The notes beneath the pieces are model-generated. The model saw only the letters and a list, made by a program, of their open reading frames with translations, was not told the origin of the DNA and did not search any database. Positions 59,316 through 64,000 of a stretch of DNA of 64,000 nt are shown one piece after another (position 1 is the stretch's first letter; each line of letters starts with the position of its first letter). Made by a program: the position numbers and the translations under genes. Source of the stretch: Podarcis liolepis (taxonomy: Eukaryota); assembly GCA_965112155.1 (NCBI GenBank), contig OZ218106.1; one strand, written 5' to 3'.

Positions 59316-61810
59316 CACAAATAGAACTCCTGTTATACCTGTGGAACCTTGCTAGCGCACAACTGGATAAAACCCAATGTTCAAGACTAGCTAAGATGAT
59401 TTTACTGAAAGAGGATGACCTTCAAAAAGACCTGCCACATGAGATGCTTGAATGAAATAACTGGCAAAGGTAGACAAACCACTTAATTGAAAATTCACAC
59501 TCAGATCTTCCTCAATCTTTAAATGGGAAAGATATCCATTCATTAAAAAAAACAACCTCAAGGTACAAAAGTTTAAAGTGTTTTTTTAGCCACTGTCTAC
59601 ATTGAATTAATGGCAGTTTTATGAATTTTTAAATAACAAATAGGTATTTCTTCTCCAAAATTTCCTTGTTTTGTTTTCTCAAATGATGAGACTTACAATA
59701 ACATTTTCCCCAATGTTCTTTCTAAGAGGGATACAGAAAATGGCTTGTTTTTAATGACTATTCTTTCATCCTGTGCTCCATTGTGATGGAGGTGCCACTG
59801 AATATACTCCAACTTGTCAGGCTTTGACAAACCATTTGTGCAAGAATTCTAGTTTTGTGTAAGCTATGTGGCAACAAACAGCATACAATAAAATAAATGG
59901 GAAGGACCATAACACCTGCACTTAGTAGGGCTACACCAATCTACACACTTCCATAGTGTGCATTTTCTCTCACACCAATGTTCTAACGGTCCCACACACA
60001 AATGAGTATAAGAAAGACAGAATGGAATGGAATGCAGGAGGAACATAGTAATTGATCACCCACAAGTATGCTTTGGATAGGCCCTTAACAAGGTACTCAA
60101 AACACTGACAAACTGTGGCCCACCAACTCTAGGCCTGCACAAACTGTGACCCACCAAGTCAAATAAAGTTAGCTAGCTGTGCACTGTGGCCTGCCAAGTG
60201 ATTGATAATCCCCCTGCCAGCCATGGAGTAATAACTGGAGGTTCCCCTGGTGACAGCCATATATAGCGGGTGGGTTGCATTTCATTTTGTGGGTGACAAG
60301 CTGTTCAGACCTGCTACTTTTGCTAGCTTTCATTCTTTTACATTTACCACCATTTGGGATACCAGAACTTTTCTGTAGATAACTGTGTAATCTGCACATG
60401 TGTTTTTGTATGAAGCCAGTCACCTACTATTTACCCAATAGTCAAGTCGGTTATCACACATTTGTTTTAACTTCCATGCATTTGTCATCCAAATGCTTTG
60501 CAAGGAATAAAAAAAAAACATATTTATAGGTATAATTAGATTATGTTGTCCATAGCTAACTAGAGAAGAAGAAAACATTTTGCCTTGTATTCTTTTTAAA
60601 AAAGGTACAATACATATTTTAATTGCCTAGTGTTTAAGACATTTGCATACAAACAATACTAGATGGCTCAGAACTCAATGCACATTTTCCCCAAATTAAA
60701 AAGAAAGTAAGGTGATGTGGACGGTGCTGCTCAATATATTTTGCACTGTGTAACCATAAAAGGGATGCCAGGAAAGTCTCACTAGAAGACAATCCAAAGT
60801 ATTGGGCAAATTTATACATCGGGAAGCAGTCCTTTAGCTACTGGGATCTTAAACCATTTAGAGCTTTAAAAGTAACAACAGCACATTCAATTAAGTACTA
60901 GTTGTCATTGCAGCTGGTACAATGAGGAAATAACATGGCCCCCAAATTTGGCAATAGTCAGAACTCACAACAGCATTTTGAATCAGCTGACATTTTCGAA
61001 CAATATTCATGGATAGGCCGCTTTAATGTGTTACAGAATCCAATCTAGATGTAATTAAGGGATCTGTGATTATGGTCCTTATCTACTCCCTCCAAGTATA
61101 GGCATGGCTAATGCTGAGTAAAAGTTCCATTGGCCATCAAGAAACACTGTCAAGCTGTGAATATGATCCTCCTAGGGATGTACAGCCCTAATCTAGAACA
61201 GTTTGACCACGATGACTTCTGCCTAGTCCAGAGTTAATTTCAAGATCTGTCACAATCCAAGCCACATTTCCACAGCTTCCCCAGAATGAATTGATGAAGA
61301 AATATATTTTAAAAAATCTGCCTCTCTACATATTGGTTATAGTTATTTGTTACATGGCTTCTCAAAAGAACATTTGGGGATTGAAATTATTTTGGTTGGA
61401 ACTTAGTGTTTGTTTTTTTATATTGTTTGACTTCCTTTACAAGGTAAAAAGTCATTTTCAAGTGTTGGGGTGGTGGTGGCAAATGCATGACAGGTAGGCT
61501 GCTAAATGAGGGTGGGGTAAACATGCGCCCTGCAACATACAATACCGTATTTTTCGCACTATAGGACGCACTTTTTCCCCTCCAAAAATGAAGGGGAAAT
61601 GTGTGTGCGTCCTATGGTGCGAATGCAGGCTTTTGCTGAAGCCTGGAGAGCGAGAGGGGTCCGTGCGCACCGACCCCTCTCGCTCTCCAGGCTTCAGGAA
61701 GCTATCCCAAGTCTTGCAAGCCCGGCGGGATGTCCCGCGGGCTCGCAAGGCTTGCGGGCAGCAGCCTGCACCCAAAAGCTGGGGACAGCGGGGAGGCGCA
61801 GAGCCGCCAC

Positions 61811-62184
61811 CCCGCTATTCCCCGACCTGATCTGGAGGCTAGGGGAGGGAGAAGCAAGCCTGCTTCTCCCCCCCCCCAGCCCCACAACCTCCAGATCAGG
61901 TCGGGGAAAAGCGGGATGGCGGCGCTCCGCCATCCCGCTATTCCCCGACCTGATCTGGAGGCTGGGGGAGGGAGAAGCAAGCCTGCTTCTCCCCCCCACC
62001 ATCCCCACAACCTCCAGATCAGGTCGGGGAAAAGCGGGATGGCGGCGCTCCGCCATCCCGCTATTCCCCGACCTGATCTGGAGGCTGGGGGAGGGAGAAG
62101 CAAGCCTGCTTCTCCCCCCCCCCCAGCCCCACAACCTCCAGATCAGGTCGGGGAAAAGCGGGATGGCGGCGCTCCGCCATCCCG
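61811..62184. repeat. Three ~120-bp tandem units, each a hairpin
   Basis: cccgctattccccgacctgatctggagg...cctccagatcaggtcggggaaaagcggg x3. Confidence 0.9.
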
Positions 62185-63150
62185 CTGTCCCCCGACTTGT
62201 CTAGAAGGCTGGCGGGGGGAGAAGCCTGCTCCTCCCCGTCGCCAGCCCCGCAAACTCGGGGGACAGCGGGAGAGGCGCAGCGCGCCTTTGCCGCTGTCCC
62301 CTGACTTGTCTAGAAGGCTGGCGGGGGGAGAAGCCTGCTCCTCCCCGTCGCCAGCCCCGCAAACTCGGGGGACAGCGGGAGAGGCGCAGCGCGCCTTTGC
62401 CGCTGTCCCCTGACTTGTCTAGAAGGCTGGCGGGGGGAGAAGCCTGCTCCTCCCCGTCGCCAGCCCGGCAAACTCGGGGGACAGCGGGAGAGGCGCAGCG
62501 CGCCTTTGCCGCTGTCCCCCGACTTGTCTAGAAGGCTGGCGGGGGGAGAAGCCTGCTCCTCCCCGTCGCCAGCCCCGCAAACTCGGGGGACAGCGGGAGA
62601 GGCGCAGCGCGCCTTTGCCACTGTCCCCTGACTTGTCTAGAAGGCTGGCGGGGGGAGAAGCCTGCTCCTCCCCGTCGCCAGCCCGGCAAACTCGGGGGAC
62701 AGCGGGAGAGGCGCAGCGCGCCTTTGCCGCTGTCCCCCGACTTGTCTAGAAGGCTGGCGGGGGGAGAAGCCTGCTCCTCCCCGTCGCCAGCCCCGCAAAC
62801 TCGGGAGACAGCGGCAGGGGGCAGCGCGCCTTTGCCGCTGTCCCCTGACTTGTCTAGAAGGCTGGCGGGGGGAGAAGCCTGCTCCTCCCCGTCGCCAGCC
62901 CGGCAAACTCGGGGGACAGCGGGAGAGGCGCAGCGCGCCTTTGCCGCTGTCCCCCGACTTGTCTAGAAGGCTGGCGGGGGGAGAAGCCTGCTCCTCCCCG
63001 TCGCCAGCCCCGCAAACTCGGGAGACAGCGGCAGGGGGCAGCGCGCCATTCCCGCTGTCCCCCGACTTGGTTAGAAGGCTGGCCCAGCCCTGCAAACTCG
63101 GGGGACAGCGGGAGAGGCGCAGCGCGCCATCCCGCTGTCTCCCGACATGG
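62184..63150. repeat. 108-109-bp GC-rich tandem array (8 full units plus deleted/degenerate ones)
   Basis: cttgtctagaag anchors at 62196, 62305, 62414, 62523, 62632, 62741, 62849, 62958. Confidence 0.93.
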
Positions 63151-63944
63151 TTTGGAGGCTGACGGAAGGCTTCCTCCTCCCCCAGCCCCGCAAGTTCCCA
63201 GAGCGATGCCAAAGCTGCGGGCAGCTTCGGCATGGCTCTGGGTCCCGTTCTGGGGGAGGGGGAAGCTCGGGCTTCCCCGCCCCAGCCCCGCGCCTGGCGG
63301 GGGGGGATAAATATTTTTTGCCTTTATTTCCCCCCCCAAATCTAGGTGCGTCCTATGGACCGGTGCGTCCAATAGTCCGAAAAATACGGTATATTTCCCA
63401 CCCCATACCAACTGCACTTCAGGGATTCCTTATTTCATTGCAAAGCTATGAAGAGGAATTTTAAGCACATTCACTGGAACATGCTTAAAAACCCTTTGGA
63501 CATTTGCACTGAATATGGGAAGGTCTGAAGTAGTGGTGATGAGTAGCTGGTGATGAGCCTTTGATGCGCACTTCTCAGTCATAGACACACTTTCAACCCC
63601 AGGCATTTGAAAAGGGATCATCAGGCCTAAAGGGAAAACAGTAGCTGCAATGTTTAAGGATTAAAAAGAGCCCATCATGAGCAGAATAACCAATATTTGC
63701 TTAGTATATAAACAAGCAAAGTAATGGTTACTAATTATCCTTTCCCCAATTCAATATTAGCACAAAGTAAGCTTGCTCAGCTATTGCAAAAAGAGAGAGA
63801 GAAAAAGAGGGGGGTACAATTCTTAGTGCATTTGACACCATACAGAGAAGAAATATACTGTGCAGGATGTTTTACTCAGCATACTGTTCCAATACTAGCA
63901 CAGGAGAGGAGATTATAAGGGCATGTCACTGTCTGCAGTCTATA

Positions 63945-64000
63945 CAAGGGGTGAGCAACCTTTTTCAGCCGTGGGCCGGTCCACCGTCCTTCAGACCATG
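63945..64000. mobile_element. hAT-type MITE related to 3821/34904, inverted, cut by window edge
   Basis: aggggtgagcaaccttttt...ggccggtccaccgtcc.tcagacc is the reverse complement of the 3' end of copy 1. Confidence 0.75.

Larger units (their letters stand above)
61545..63389. mobile_element. Non-autonomous Tc1/mariner (Tc2/pogo-like) element with expanded internal hairpin arrays
   Basis: TA|CCGTATTTTTCGCACTATAGGACGCAC...GTGCGTCCAATAGTCCGAAAAATACGG|TA (27-bp TIR, 2 mismatches); no transposase ORF. Confidence 0.9.

Noticed and set aside
62184-63150. CRISPR-like or hammerhead-ribozyme array
   Set aside because: Eukaryotic intron, no unique spacers, and no CUGANGA/GAAA hammerhead core seen.
61599-63464. 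Long ORFs (100-227 aa) on both strands
   Set aside because: Products of GC-rich tandem/palindromic repeats; no transposase motifs.
1-64000. NBEA identity or the nested MAB21L2 gene
   Set aside because: Diagnostic peptides fit LRBA. No long single-exon MAB21-like ORF is present; its host intron lies further 3' in the gene, outside the window.

Overview
Vertebrate genomic DNA, most likely a squamate (probably lacertid lizard, inferred from Sauria/POM-type SINEs and a BovB-like 3' end). The whole window lies inside one minus-strand gene, LRBA (BEACH-family LPS-responsive beige-like anchor). I traced 28 consecutive coding exons (about exons 3-30 by human numbering; 4907 nt, ~1635 codons) with consistent splice phases from 52163 down to 3235. 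The N-terminal exon(s) and the PH-BEACH-WD40 exons lie outside the window. Introns carry Sauria SINEs, other tRNA-derived SINEs, hAT and Tc1/mariner MITEs, two solo-LTR-like elements, microsatellites and a 168-N assembly gap. Most notable: (i) a repeat-poor ~4 kb part of intron 22 holding several frame-preserving candidate cassette/micro-exons (78, 9, 33, 30, 27 nt); (ii) a sense-oriented solo LTR that is almost entirely an open reading frame; (iii) a Tc1/mariner-type non-autonomous element inflated by a CpG-rich array of self-complementary ~109/120-bp units with higher-order structure; (iv) a GC-AG intron; (v) a candidate recursive splice site. All candidates come from reading the sequence by eye and need RNA-seq or comparative tests.
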